Origin: a virus
Strand: one strand, 5' to 3'
IMG/VR virus record: IMGVR_UViG_3300027759_000050
Location: 32,001-96,000 of that record
DNA: 64,000 nucleotides
Below, piece after piece: positions 21,000-31,106 of this stretch (its first letter is position 1; each line of letters begins with the position of its first letter). Under the pieces are notes generated by a model. It saw only the letters and a program-made list of their open reading frames with translations, had not been told where the DNA came from and searched no databases. Position numbers and translations under genes: made by a program.

Positions 21000-22198
21000 T
21001 ATCTTAATCCAGATGTTGGTGAGTTGAAACCCATTTGTAGTCTTGCTTTATCAACAATCTCAACTTCATGGAAACTTAATGTTAAATGTGTTTGTATTGG
21101 AGCCCCATCACCATGCGCAGCCCAACCGTTTGGTGCATAATCGACTGTAATATCTTCTAACACACAATCAGTATATCTTGGTAGATTTTTATTTTCATTT
21201 CCATCATAATAAAACCTAACTTCAAAAAGTGCTGGTGGTGTTAAAAACATTGATTTGTTTGGAGATTGACCTGGTGTTTGTAATGTTGGTGCTGCATAAT
21301 ATTTAAATTGATGTATGATTGCTTCAACATCTCTCGCTTCAACCATCGATTTTGGTGTAAACACAAAATTCAAAGTAAATGGTCTAAAACTTGCACCATG
21401 ATAAATCATTTGTAATTGAGGATTTGAAGTATATCCTTGTGTCTGCAATATTGCATCACTTAGGCCTTGTCCAGCTTCAAACATTCTTCCAAAGGAATCA
21501 ATAGCCCATTTTATTGCCGCTGGATCTGCACCAATTGCATTACCTGCGCCGGTAAGACCATCTTGACCTATGCCTTCAAGGCCTGACCCAGCAATTGAAC
21601 CAATGGTTCTTATTGATTGTAGAGCTTGACCTAATTCATCTCTCATACTAATTGAAGCATAATCTGCGTGGTAGGTTGCTTGTAAGGTATCTGGCATATA
21701 CAGAGAAATGTATGATTTCACTGATGTTCGATTTGCTTTAATATCCATTGAACCATTCAAGGCATCAACCACACCTTTTATTTTTCCTCCGGCCGCTGTT
21801 GATTTCTCCGCTAACAATTTTTGTGTTGCAGCCAATTCAGCTCTAGCCGACTCTAAATCAGTACCTGACAATTCTCTTATTTTTTCTGTGAGATTATTAT
21901 AAGATGATTCCAATTGGGCAACTGTATAATCACGGACTGCTGCGCCAGCGCCAGCCATTCTATCATAAACATTGCTTAAAAATGCTGCACCTTTTGTTCC
22001 TGCTGCATATGATTGTGGTGTAATTTCTTTTGCCAGAAATGTAACATAGTGTTTTTTACTGTCATCTGTACCCAACTCCCTTGGATAACTGAATGTGGAC
22101 ATACCCAAAGTTCTTGAAAGTCCAGCCAAAGGTCCGGTGATAGTCGAATTTGGACCTGTAGGTGTGGAAACGCTTGAGATTTCTATAGATGCTGCCAT
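20999..22198 (-). CDS. gp48: baseplate tail tube cap
   Basis: ISLYMPD, NPQLQMIY, FRPFTLNFVFTPKS, CVLEDITVDYAPNG, LTLSFHEVE. Confidence 0.85.
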   Translation of the reverse strand: MAASIEISSVSTPTGPNSTITGPLAGLSRTLGMSTFSYPRELGTDDSKKHYVTFLAKEITPQSYAAGTKGAAFLSNVYDRMAGAGAAVRDYTVAQLESSYNNLTEKIRELSGTDLESARAELAATQKLLAEKSTAAGGKIKGVVDALNGSMDIKANRTSVKSYISLYMPDTLQATYHADYASISMRDELGQALQSIRTIGSIAGSGLEGIGQDGLTGAGNAIGADPAAIKWAIDSFGRMFEAGQGLSDAILQTQGYTSNPQLQMIYHGASFRPFTLNFVFTPKSMVEARDVEAIIHQFKYYAAPTLQTPGQSPNKSMFLTPPALFEVRFYYDGNENKNLPRYTDCVLEDITVDYAPNGWAAHGDGAPIQTHLTLSFHEVEIVDKARLQMGFNSPTSGLR

Positions 22199-22229
22199 TT
22201 ATTTTCCAAGAAGATTATACATACTATTT

Positions 22230-22664
22230 ATGGCATACTCAGGCAAATTTATTCCCAAATATCCACAGAAGTATGTGGGTGATTACACTAACATTATTTA
22301 TCGCTCTTCCTGGGAAGCGAGAGTTATGTATTGGTTAGACTCAAATCCGAATATTGTTTCATGGGCTTCAGAGGAACTTATAATCCCTTATATATCACCT
22401 GTGGATGGTAAGAGACACAGGTATTTCCCTGATTTTATAGTCAAATCAAAGACAAAAGACAATAAAATTAAAACTATGATTATAGAAGTGAAACCAAAAA
22501 AACAGTCGATTGAACCTGAAAAGAAGAAAAGAGTGACAAAACAATACATCCAAGAGGTTATGACTTGGGGTGTCAATCAGGCAAAATGGAAAGCTGCAAC
22601 AGAATATGCATTGGATAGGGGTTGGGAGTTCATGGTGATAACAGAGGATCACTTGGGCCTCTGA
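22230..22664 (+). CDS. gp4: head completion nuclease (TnsA-like); start revised to ATG 22230
   Basis: MAYSGKFIPKYPQKYVGD, IIYRSSWE, WASEE, HRYFPDF, IEVKP, NQAKWKAA. Confidence 0.93.
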   Translation: MAYSGKFIPKYPQKYVGDYTNIIYRSSWEARVMYWLDSNPNIVSWASEELIIPYISPVDGKRHRYFPDFIVKSKTKDNKIKTMIIEVKPKKQSIEPEKKKRVTKQYIQEVMTWGVNQAKWKAATEYALDRGWEFMVITEDHLGL

Positions 22665-22675
22665 CTAAATAGTAC

Positions 22676-23296
22676 ATGGCATCTAAATTAACATCACTGG
22701 CAGAACAAAAGACAACGGCAGGTTACAAAACCATGTCGAGGGATTCTATTGCTTGGTTGCAAGAGAAGATTGCTGAGATAAAAAGACCAGACAGAATACC
22801 TGCGGCAATCAATGCTGAAACCTTTAGAAGAAGGTCTACATTTAGTTTGGGAATGATGTATTGTTTCTTTTATGATCCTAAAACAAAAGCAGATTTACCT
22901 TACTGGGATAAGTTTCCTGTCATTTTGGTGTTGGAGAAGTATAACGATGGTTTTCTAGGAATAAATTTACATTATTTGCCAGTAAAAATGAGAATGGCAT
23001 TTATGTCCAAGTTGATGAAATTTGCACAGTTGACACCAGAAGATGACATAAAGCGTATGCGTGTGTCCTACGAAATCCTAAACTCTGCCAAGAGGTACGC
23101 TGAGTTCAGACCTATGTTGAAAAGATACTTATTCTCCCAAGTCAGGTCAAAGATGTTAATGATACAACCAAATGAATGGGATGTGGCAGCAATGTTGCCT
23201 ATACAACAATTCAAGGGTGCTAGAACATCCACTGTATGGAAAGATTCCATGCAACACCATAAAGACCATATGGCTCACTTTAACCAGGAAGAATAA
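22676..23296 (+). CDS. gp2: DNA end protector protein
   Basis: FFYDPKTKADLPYWDKFP, GFLGINLHYLP, KRYL; late-type CTAAATA just upstream. Confidence 0.9.
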   Translation: MASKLTSLAEQKTTAGYKTMSRDSIAWLQEKIAEIKRPDRIPAAINAETFRRRSTFSLGMMYCFFYDPKTKADLPYWDKFPVILVLEKYNDGFLGINLHYLPVKMRMAFMSKLMKFAQLTPEDDIKRMRVSYEILNSAKRYAEFRPMLKRYLFSQVRSKMLMIQPNEWDVAAMLPIQQFKGARTSTVWKDSMQHHKDHMAHFNQEE

Positions 23297-23298
23297 AA

Positions 23299-24000
23299 AT
23301 GCCAAGCATTACCCAATTTAGAAATTCATTTACTTCCGATATTGCTAGACCAAAACTCTTTGATGTTACCTTGACACCACCAACTGGTTTGCAGGATTAC
23401 ATTAAGACAGCAAGAAATCTTACATTCAGGTGTGAGTCTACGCAATTTCCTAGTAGGACTTTTGCAACAACTGAACAAAAGTTTGGTTCCAACCCAACAG
23501 AAAAACACGCATATCACACAACTTACAATGATATTGAAATGAGTTTTATTGTTTCAGAAGATATGTCTGAGAAGAAATTCTTTGATGCATGGATGAACTT
23601 AATCAATCCAACTGCATCTTTTGATTTCAACTATAGAGATGATTACATAACCGACTTCTATGTTTTCCAATATGATGGAACACAAACAGTAAGAACCTAT
23701 TCTATTGCATTACTTGATGCTTTTCCAATTTCCGTAAATCAATTGGACTTAGATTGGTCTAATGATAATTTCCACAAACTGTCTGTTACTTTTGCATACA
23801 GATATTGGAAAAATATAGGTGCTGAAGACCAAGCTAAAGAAACTTTTGTGGTTGCAGATAATATAAGTTCAACGGATCAAACTACTTATAGTGAAGACGG
23901 CCCGAATAGTGTACAAGACCGTAAAAACCAACCGAATTATCAATATGTTTTACAACAAGAAAGAGAAGCGGAAGCAGAACAACGCGGTGCTGACCTTTGA
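23299..24000 (+). CDS. tail tube/baseplate tail-tube initiator family protein (gp54/gp19-like)
   Basis: ARPKLFDV, CESTQFPSR, FFDAWMNLI, AFPISVNQLDLDW, LSVTFAYRYW. Confidence 0.8.
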   Translation: MPSITQFRNSFTSDIARPKLFDVTLTPPTGLQDYIKTARNLTFRCESTQFPSRTFATTEQKFGSNPTEKHAYHTTYNDIEMSFIVSEDMSEKKFFDAWMNLINPTASFDFNYRDDYITDFYVFQYDGTQTVRTYSIALLDAFPISVNQLDLDWSNDNFHKLSVTFAYRYWKNIGAEDQAKETFVVADNISSTDQTTYSEDGPNSVQDRKNQPNYQYVLQQEREAEAEQRGADL

Positions 24001-24040
24001 ATCAGCAGTACCATAATCATTAATTATTAGGAGTTTTATA

Positions 24041-24769
24041 ATGGCATTACCAAAAATTGATTCACCAGTGTATGAATTGACTTTACCTATGAGCAAGAAA
24101 CAGGTGCGCTTCCGTCCTTTCTTAGTGAAAGAACAGAGAAACTTGATGATGGCGATGGAATCAGACAGTAAAGAAACAATTGAAAAAAATATCAAACAAG
24201 TTCTCCATAATTGTACCTTGACAGAGAATATTGACATTGATGAATTGCCCATCATTGATATTGAATACTATTTCATCCAGTTGAGAGCAAGGTCTGTGGG
24301 TGAGGTTGTTGACAACAAGTACCGTTGTGAGAATCTTGTAAATGAAGATCCGTGTGGTAATTTGATGGAAGTTAAGATAAACCTACTGGACATTCAGATT
24401 ACAGACTCTGGTATTGACAAATCTGAAATTCAAATTACCGATAAGATTGCGATTAAGTTATCTTATCCTAAGTTTTCTGCACTTAATACAGTAAAAAATA
24501 CTGAAAGTGCATCTGATATGGCCTTTGAAATGATTTTGAATAGTGTCGAGCACATCTTTGACGGTGAACAATTCTATTATGCAAAAGAAACAAGCAGGGA
24601 AGAACTGGTCGACTTCATTGAATCCTTGAACCAGGACCAGTTCTCAAGAATAGAAGACTTTTTCGATAACCTTCCTACATTAAATAAGAAGGTTGAAGTA
24701 GATTGTAAGAAGTGTGGCTTTCACCACAGTATTGAAGTGGAGGGCCTCGAAAATTTTTTCGGGTCGTGA
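24041..24769 (+). CDS. gp26: baseplate hub assembly subunit
   Basis: MALPKI, FRPFLVKEQ, DIEYYFIQLRARSVGE, CKKCG, EGLENFF. Confidence 0.9.
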   Translation: MALPKIDSPVYELTLPMSKKQVRFRPFLVKEQRNLMMAMESDSKETIEKNIKQVLHNCTLTENIDIDELPIIDIEYYFIQLRARSVGEVVDNKYRCENLVNEDPCGNLMEVKINLLDIQITDSGIDKSEIQITDKIAIKLSYPKFSALNTVKNTESASDMAFEMILNSVEHIFDGEQFYYAKETSREELVDFIESLNQDQFSRIEDFFDNLPTLNKKVEVDCKKCGFHHSIEVEGLENFFGS

Positions 24770-24957
24770 TGCGGCATGATAACCTAAGAAATTATTATAC
24801 CACTAATTTTGCATTGATGCAGCATCACAAGTACAGTTTGACGGAACTTGAATCGATGTTACCTTGGGAAAGGGACATTTATATTACTTTGTTAACCCAG
24901 TTTATTGAAGAAGAAAATGAGAAAATAAAACAACGGAACGCAGCAAGTAAAAAATGA
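24766..24957 (+). CDS. gp51: baseplate hub assembly catalyst
   Basis: YYTTNFALMQHHKYSLTELESMLPWERDIY. Confidence 0.9.
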   Translation: MMRHDNLRNYYTTNFALMQHHKYSLTELESMLPWERDIYITLLTQFIEEENEKIKQRNAASKK

Positions 24958-27446
24958 AAAAAGAAGTATTCGACAAGATGCTCAACTCTGGTGAGTTTGA
25001 GCAAATGTTCAACGAAAACAAAATCAACGACCTGTTGAATGACGGGAGTTTGTCTAAAGAACAGATAGACAAACTCGTCGACCTTGGTAAGAGAATGTCT
25101 AAGGATGAAATACTCAGAAGACAAAGAGACTTGGCTAAACAACCAGGTTACAAAGAGCATGTACTTACTCCGTTGATTAAAAAGATTATTGCACAACAAG
25201 GCCGCGCTCGTGACCCAATAACTGGCAAATACATCAAACAAGAAGTAACGAATCAACAAAAAACTGAAGAACAACCACAGGGTCAACCGCAAGCTGATAC
25301 ACCTAATGCAGAAAAAACAGCTGAAAAAGCTGGCCAGATGGGTCAAAAATTCAAGCCAAAGAGAATGAAAAATATGTTCTCTGGTTCCCGTGGTGCAACC
25401 GCAAAGCCAGCAACATCTAAGGTCAACACAGAGTTATATTCTAAGATAGGTCAGGTTCAAAATCCAAGACTTCTCAAAGGTGACAATGCAGCTACTGTTG
25501 CATCTAAATTATATTCCATAATGAAAAATGACATTAATGAATATAATGTCAGAAGCAAACTAGAAAGAAAGAGGGACAATCAGTACCTCGACAATGAAAG
25601 AATAAGACATAATCAGATAATAGCTGCACTTAATAAAGCTGGTGGTGGACCAGGTGGGCCTTCAACAACTACAGCTAAAACCGGTATGGGCATGGGTACC
25701 AAATTGGCTGTTGGTGCAGGTCTTCTTGGTGCTGCAGGCTTAGCAGCTGCAGGCCAAAAACCAACACCTGAAGTTTTACCATCTGAACCAAAAATTGAAC
25801 CAGTTGTACCTAAAGTTGAAACTCCTCCAGCAACACCAGTACAACCAACGGTCAATGTAGAAGCGGAGACTCGCAAAAAACAATTAGAAGCGGAAAGAGA
25901 AACTGCAGCTCAACAAGAAAAACAAAAGCGTGAACAAGAAAGTCAAGCAAGACAAGCTGAACAAGATAGAAAAGCTGCTGAACAAAAACAAGCAGCTGAA
26001 GATAAAGCAGCTAAAATTGAAGCGGACAAGAAAGCTGCAGCTCAACAAAAAGCTGCAGCGGATGAAGAAGCTCGTAAACAAAAAGAACAACAAGAAGAAG
26101 ATAAGAGAAAAGCTGCTGAAGCAAAGGCTAAAACCGAAAGAGAAGAAAAAGAAAGAAAAGCTTTAGCTGATGAGGAGAAAAGAAAGAAAGACGAAGCTGA
26201 AAGAATCGCTAAAGCTGAGGCAGATAACGAAAGGAGAGAAGCTGAAAGACTTCGTAGAGAGGAAGAAAAAACAGCAAGAGAAGAAGCTGCACGAATTAAA
26301 AAAGAAAGAGAAGATGCGGAAAAGGAAGCTGATGCTCAAAGGAAAGAAACTGCATTACAGAGAAAAAAACAAGCTGAGGCTATAGCTGCCGAAATAGAAA
26401 GACAAAGAGCTCAGAAAGAAGATTATCAACAACCAAGAAACGGTCCAAGAGAATTACCTTTTGATGAATCTATTGGTCGCAGGTATCCTACACCTATTGT
26501 ACGACCAACACCAGCACCACCTGTTGTTACTCCAGTTCCAAGACCAAATCCGCCACGCACTTTAACACCGGTTGAAGAACCTGAACCGGCACCACCTGTT
26601 GTTACCCCAGTTCCAAGACCAGCACCACCGCGCGCATCAGTAACTCGCGTGCCGGGAAGAGGTTTGTCCTTAACGAATGCTATGAAAAAGACTTTTAAGA
26701 ATGAACAAAGAGTGACCACACTTGAAGAAGCGTTAGATGCTGCGGGTAACATAACAGAAGATGTAACTGGTATTTACAATTATGGTGTTTTTGGTTTAAT
26801 TAATAAAAAAAATGAACAAGGAATTTCCAATATTGGAGAATTTGTTAAAAAGAATCCACAACTTAATCTTCCCGATCCTGATAAAGATTCTAAAAAATTT
26901 AACACAGAATGGAAAAAATTGGGAAAAGAAAATCCTGAAAAATTACTTGAAGCTCAATTAAATCGATTCAATGAAGTTTATGTTTCCGCAGCAGTAGGAA
27001 TATTAAAACAATCAAATCTACCTAAAAATATAATTGACGATCCATTGGTACAAGATTACTTAACCGACCAAGTTGTTGTTGGCCAAGCAGGATTAAAAGA
27101 AGCTCTTAAATATATTGAAAAACAAAACGTGAAAACACCTGGAGAATTTGCACTAGCATTAACTGACTGGAATTTAGTTAATACTAATAAAATATTTCCA
27201 TCAGTATATAAAAGTGAGAGTCAACGAAAAAAATGGGAAGCAGGTATCAAAAAGAGAATTACAAACAGATTGGAACAAAATTTCCCAGATATTAATTATA
27301 ATAGAACGGAAATGGAAAAATTGAAAAGAAAAGGGCCTATAGTCATAATCAATAACGGAACAACCGTAGTAGGTTCAACGAATCGTTCCGGACTATCAAT
27401 ACCAACTAGTCCAGATAATAGTGCTTACTATCCTTACGCAGCATAA
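24954..27446 (+). CDS. hub/tape-measure-like protein with a long E/K/A/R coiled coil, Pro-rich repeats and a possible C-terminal muramidase-like domain
   Basis: 830 aa directly after gp51, where gp29-like genes occur; composition; PAPPVVTPVPRP occurs twice. Confidence 0.65.
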   Translation: MKKEVFDKMLNSGEFEQMFNENKINDLLNDGSLSKEQIDKLVDLGKRMSKDEILRRQRDLAKQPGYKEHVLTPLIKKIIAQQGRARDPITGKYIKQEVTNQQKTEEQPQGQPQADTPNAEKTAEKAGQMGQKFKPKRMKNMFSGSRGATAKPATSKVNTELYSKIGQVQNPRLLKGDNAATVASKLYSIMKNDINEYNVRSKLERKRDNQYLDNERIRHNQIIAALNKAGGGPGGPSTTTAKTGMGMGTKLAVGAGLLGAAGLAAAGQKPTPEVLPSEPKIEPVVPKVETPPATPVQPTVNVEAETRKKQLEAERETAAQQEKQKREQESQARQAEQDRKAAEQKQAAEDKAAKIEADKKAAAQQKAAADEEARKQKEQQEEDKRKAAEAKAKTEREEKERKALADEEKRKKDEAERIAKAEADNERREAERLRREEEKTAREEAARIKKEREDAEKEADAQRKETALQRKKQAEAIAAEIERQRAQKEDYQQPRNGPRELPFDESIGRRYPTPIVRPTPAPPVVTPVPRPNPPRTLTPVEEPEPAPPVVTPVPRPAPPRASVTRVPGRGLSLTNAMKKTFKNEQRVTTLEEALDAAGNITEDVTGIYNYGVFGLINKKNEQGISNIGEFVKKNPQLNLPDPDKDSKKFNTEWKKLGKENPEKLLEAQLNRFNEVYVSAAVGILKQSNLPKNIIDDPLVQDYLTDQVVVGQAGLKEALKYIEKQNVKTPGEFALALTDWNLVNTNKIFPSVYKSESQRKKWEAGIKKRITNRLEQNFPDINYNRTEMEKLKRKGPIVIINNGTTVVGSTNRSGLSIPTSPDNSAYYPYAA

Positions 27447-27464
27447 CCATAAAAGAGAAAAGAA

Positions 27465-29003
27465 ATGTCATATCAAAGATCCAGAGGAATAAGAACAACA
27501 AGTCTCAAAGACCTTATCTTAGACAGAACAGTGCAGGGACGTGGTTTAGGTACGTCCATTGTTAGTTCCATCAAGGATAAGACCATCGCTAATGTGAAAG
27601 GTGTAACCGAAAAGTTTGACCCACTAAACATTGCCACAGCTTTTGGTGGTTCTTTGGGTGGTTATGCATTTGGTAAACTCACAGGAAGAAGCAAAGAAGA
27701 CATTTCATATTTCACTGGCAGAGGTGGCCGTGGTTCTTTTATGGATTCCAGAAAGAATAAAAATCCATTAGTTTCAAAAGTTGGTGCAGGTGAAAATAGA
27801 CCAACCAAAAAAGGGGAAGGCCTTGCTGATATAATGGCGAGAATATTCAACCTAATTAAAAAGAACTCGGAACAGGTCAAGAAAAGACAAGAGATAACTG
27901 CAAACTTTGAAGAAGAAAAAGAAGATGAAAGAGCTCTAAGGCATAAAGAGTTACTTGAAGCCATTTCAAATATAGGCGGTGGAACTGCAACACAAGTTGG
28001 ACCCGTAAAAGAAGAAAAAGGCATTTTCAGTAAATTGCTTGGCATGATGAAGAACATGATTGAAAAAGCATTTAAAGCAATCAAACCAATACTAGACTTT
28101 GTTAAAAGTATAATGAAAGCATTAGGTGGTAAAGCAATTCAATTTTTGAAATTTTTAGCTGCATTTGGTGGTGAAGCCGCTTTAGCCTTTTTATTACCTG
28201 CAACCGCAATCATAGCTTTAAAGTTATTAGGTGACCAACAAAAAGAAGATATAAGAAAAAATCCTAATGACCCACGTTGGAAAGATACTCCTTATGCTCG
28301 CACGGTTAGAAAAGAATTTGAAGACTTAGATGCTGCAAGAGCTTTTAATGAAGCTAGAACACTTAAAGTTAAGAATAGAGCGGCTGTTCAGCTAGCTGTT
28401 GATTCTCAAATGACCGATAAACAACTCATGTCGGATCAAAATTTTGGAGCTTCAAGAGAAACTTTAAAGAAATGGTTAAAAGAACATCCTGAAGAAACAG
28501 CAAGATGGCAGGCTCCTGTTAAATATCCTGGCACCGATGTGGTTGTTATGCCTGCTTCGGATTATAAAGAGGCGAAAATTGTAACACCTGATGTATTTAA
28601 AACACCTAATCAATTGGAAATGTATCCGCCGGGTGGATCAAAGAAAACCTATACACGAAATCAGGAATCCACTGTAGGTGAATCTGAAGGTTCACCTATA
28701 GGTGAATCAGTAAGTATTCCACAAAATGAAGACCGTAGTATGTCATCCGTGTCTTCTATAGGTGCAACACAAATGGCCGCAGCACCAAGTCCTGTTACAT
28801 CAAGATATTCAGCATCACAGAGGTCTAATTTTGATTTGAATCTAACATCTGCATCTTCTCCTGAACCTATCATTATTGATAATTCGAAAGTTGTATCTGC
28901 TGGTAGTTCAGGTGGTGTTGACATTATCAAGTCCGCTTCAGTGCGAACAGATAGTCCTACACTAAAAGGCATACAGAAACAAAGCCTTAGGTCGTTTGCA
29001 TAA
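27465..29003 (+). CDS. hub/tape-measure-like protein, partial paralog of 24954..27446
   Basis: 512 aa; shares a SK.G..KG..RH..I/L..GGG block and a C-terminal PIII.N motif with the upstream ORF. Confidence 0.65.
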   Translation: MSYQRSRGIRTTSLKDLILDRTVQGRGLGTSIVSSIKDKTIANVKGVTEKFDPLNIATAFGGSLGGYAFGKLTGRSKEDISYFTGRGGRGSFMDSRKNKNPLVSKVGAGENRPTKKGEGLADIMARIFNLIKKNSEQVKKRQEITANFEEEKEDERALRHKELLEAISNIGGGTATQVGPVKEEKGIFSKLLGMMKNMIEKAFKAIKPILDFVKSIMKALGGKAIQFLKFLAAFGGEAALAFLLPATAIIALKLLGDQQKEDIRKNPNDPRWKDTPYARTVRKEFEDLDAARAFNEARTLKVKNRAAVQLAVDSQMTDKQLMSDQNFGASRETLKKWLKEHPEETARWQAPVKYPGTDVVVMPASDYKEAKIVTPDVFKTPNQLEMYPPGGSKKTYTRNQESTVGESEGSPIGESVSIPQNEDRSMSSVSSIGATQMAAAPSPVTSRYSASQRSNFDLNLTSASSPEPIIIDNSKVVSAGSSGGVDIIKSASVRTDSPTLKGIQKQSLRSFA

Positions 29004-29030
29004 TAAAAAACCCCGCACTAGGCGGGGTAT
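29004..29030. terminator. intrinsic terminator at the convergence of the late hub operon and gp32
   Basis: CCCCGC-ACTAG-GCGGGG hairpin (29011-29027); the upstream A-run gives a U-tail on the minus strand. Confidence 0.85.
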
Positions 29031-29053
29031 TAACTTCCATGAAAGAAAAGAGT

Positions 29054-29944
29054 TTAATCTTCTTCAGCCAACTTTGAGAAGTAGGCCATATCACTATCAT
29101 CATCACTAATTGACAATTCAGGTTCAACATTCTTAGGCTTAAATGCCTCAGGTGTTGCCTTCATTTGTTCAACAGTAGTCTTAGGTTTAATAGTTTCACC
29201 ATTCAAACCAAGAACACGATTTAGGCGAGTCGATAGTTCATCATAAGTTTTGAATTCCTTATCAGCAGTCATCTCTTTCAAAGAGTGTTCTGATTTCCAG
29301 ATTTTCTCAAGCTTTGCATCATCTGTAGACAATGGTGCAGGAGATTCAAATTCAGACTTGTCATAGTTTTGGTAACCCTCAACTTTACGAATCTTCAATT
29401 TGAAGTTAGCGCCGCCCCATAGGTCGAACGGATTGATTGCTTGTTCATCAGCAAACTGTGGGTTCATTGCTTCAGTAATCTTATCAAAGATTTTCTTACC
29501 GAAACGGAACAATTTGATTTGTCCTTCGTTCTCAGGATGTTTTGGATCCGAAACGATATAGACATTTGCAATATAGTTTAGTTTACGCTTTTGTTTGCGT
29601 ACAATTTCTTTGTTGGCTTCAATACCAGAATTCCACAATGAAGAATTGTGTTCACACACAGGACATTGTTGGTTTTTGGTTGTCAAGCAGTTGTCAATAA
29701 GCCAACCACCTGGACCTTGAAAGCCATGAGAGAACATTTTGACCCACGGAAGTGCGTCATCCCCATCTACAGCCGGAGCTGGAAGAAAACGGATAGTAGC
29801 CATGCCGTTACCAGCCTTGTCTACTTCAGGTTTCCAATAATTGTCTGATTTGTCAGAACCCTCGGATGTGTTCAAAGCTTCGATAGCTTTAGAGAGTTTG
29901 TCAAGATTGCCCGAAGAGCGTTTAAGATTTGCGAAATCTACCAT
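29054..29944 (-). CDS. gp32: single-stranded DNA-binding protein
   Basis: WKPEVDKAGNG, IRFLPAP, HGFQGPGGW, CPVCE, FGKKIFDKI, GANFKLKIRKVEGYQNYDKSEF; acidic tail YFSKLAEED. Confidence 0.96.
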   Translation of the reverse strand: MVDFANLKRSSGNLDKLSKAIEALNTSEGSDKSDNYWKPEVDKAGNGMATIRFLPAPAVDGDDALPWVKMFSHGFQGPGGWLIDNCLTTKNQQCPVCEHNSSLWNSGIEANKEIVRKQKRKLNYIANVYIVSDPKHPENEGQIKLFRFGKKIFDKITEAMNPQFADEQAINPFDLWGGANFKLKIRKVEGYQNYDKSEFESPAPLSTDDAKLEKIWKSEHSLKEMTADKEFKTYDELSTRLNRVLGLNGETIKPKTTVEQMKATPEAFKPKNVEPELSISDDDSDMAYFSKLAEED

Positions 29945-30016
29945 GATTTTTCCTTTATATAACGGAGTGTAAAAATTTAAAACGGATTATCCACTTTATA
30001 CATAATATAAGTGTAT

Positions 30017-30508
30017 TTAGTCGCTCAATAAAGCGTCTAATGAAGCAATAGTAGATGCAGCATCCGTGTGAAGGATTGCTGTACCGCCTGCTTCAACCCA
30101 GTCATTGATAACAGATTGTGTGTCATCAATGATAATGGATTCTGGTGTTGCAAAGGTGTACTTCAGGCTTTTACCTGGTACAAAATTGCGCGGATAGTTG
30201 ATACCATGTGAAATCAACCATACTCTTTTCTGGTCTGAAATATCTGCATGTGCTTCCTGTCTTGCTGTAGAAGAAAGAATCTCTACAGGAAGCTTCAATG
30301 TGTTCAAGTGATCCAATAACATCCTTGCATCAGGCATTATATCAAGGCTTGCAAATTGTTTTGTTGCAATAAAAGTGTTAAAGAAACCACCAAAATTACG
30401 ATTCCTGTCAGCTTGTTGTGGTGTGATATGGAACAACTCTTTGTATCGTTTGGCAAAGTCAGCAATCACGCCGTCTAAATCCAAATAGATTTTTGTATAC
30501 TTACTCAT
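30017..30508 (-). CDS. HAD-family 5'(3')-nucleotidase-like protein
   Basis: IYLDLDGVIADF motif I, ILSS, IIIDD, WVEAGG. Confidence 0.8.
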   Translation of the reverse strand: MSKYTKIYLDLDGVIADFAKRYKELFHITPQQADRNRNFGGFFNTFIATKQFASLDIMPDARMLLDHLNTLKLPVEILSSTARQEAHADISDQKRVWLISHGINYPRNFVPGKSLKYTFATPESIIIDDTQSVINDWVEAGGTAILHTDAASTIASLDALLSD

Positions 30509-31106
30509 TTGTAATTGCCTCTTTTAAAATATTCTTAAACTTAACTTTATCGTATGTAATAAATGGTGCATACTTTTCACACTTCAATTTGTAGGATGGC
30601 CAAATAATGTCATCACTAATCTTTTTATCCCACATGGAAAAGAAGTTCATCATATCATTCAGTATCACCAATGTTTCAATCGAAATTGAATTCTGCATTG
30701 CACCAACTAGTAGGTCAGGATACTCACCAGACCTTACTTTCATCAATTCATCAGGACTATTTACCTGTTCTAAGATGCGTACTATATCAGATTCAAAATT
30801 ATATGTCAAGCTCTGAGAAATCTTTTGCCACTTTTTATATACATCTTCACCACTTGGTCCAGTCATTTCACCAACCCAAGTTGAGTCACCGTATACAAAA
30901 TTGGCCACATAGAAGTTCCTGAGTTCATCCAACGAATATTTCCGTGATAACTTGTAGAAGCTATATTTATCTTTACGCTTCAGAAAGGTATCTTTGCTTA
31001 CATTGGTCTTCCCATGGTACTTAAAGTAATCATAGGAAGACGAGGTGAAATGTAACTTCAAAGCATTATATAACGCAAAGGCCGCAAAGCCTGTACCTTC
31101 ATTCAT
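30501..31106 (-). CDS. gp59: helicase loader
   Basis: YNALKLHFT, YDYFKYHGK, KRKDKYSFYKLS, ISIETLVIL; synteny gp33-gp59-gp32. Confidence 0.88.
   Translation of the reverse strand: MNEGTGFAAFALYNALKLHFTSSSYDYFKYHGKTNVSKDTFLKRKDKYSFYKLSRKYSLDELRNFYVANFVYGDSTWVGEMTGPSGEDVYKKWQKISQSLTYNFESDIVRILEQVNSPDELMKVRSGEYPDLLVGAMQNSISIETLVILNDMMNFFSMWDKKISDDIIWPSYKLKCEKYAPFITYDKVKFKNILKEAITNE

Noticed and set aside
625-22000. Numerous plus-strand ORFs of 60-130 aa opposite the structural genes
   Set aside because: Antisense shadows of long minus-strand genes, lacking RBS and recognisable motifs.
25860-26430. TolA or IgA-protease annotation
   Set aside because: Similarity would be compositional only (E/K/A/R coiled coil); the context is the baseplate hub operon.
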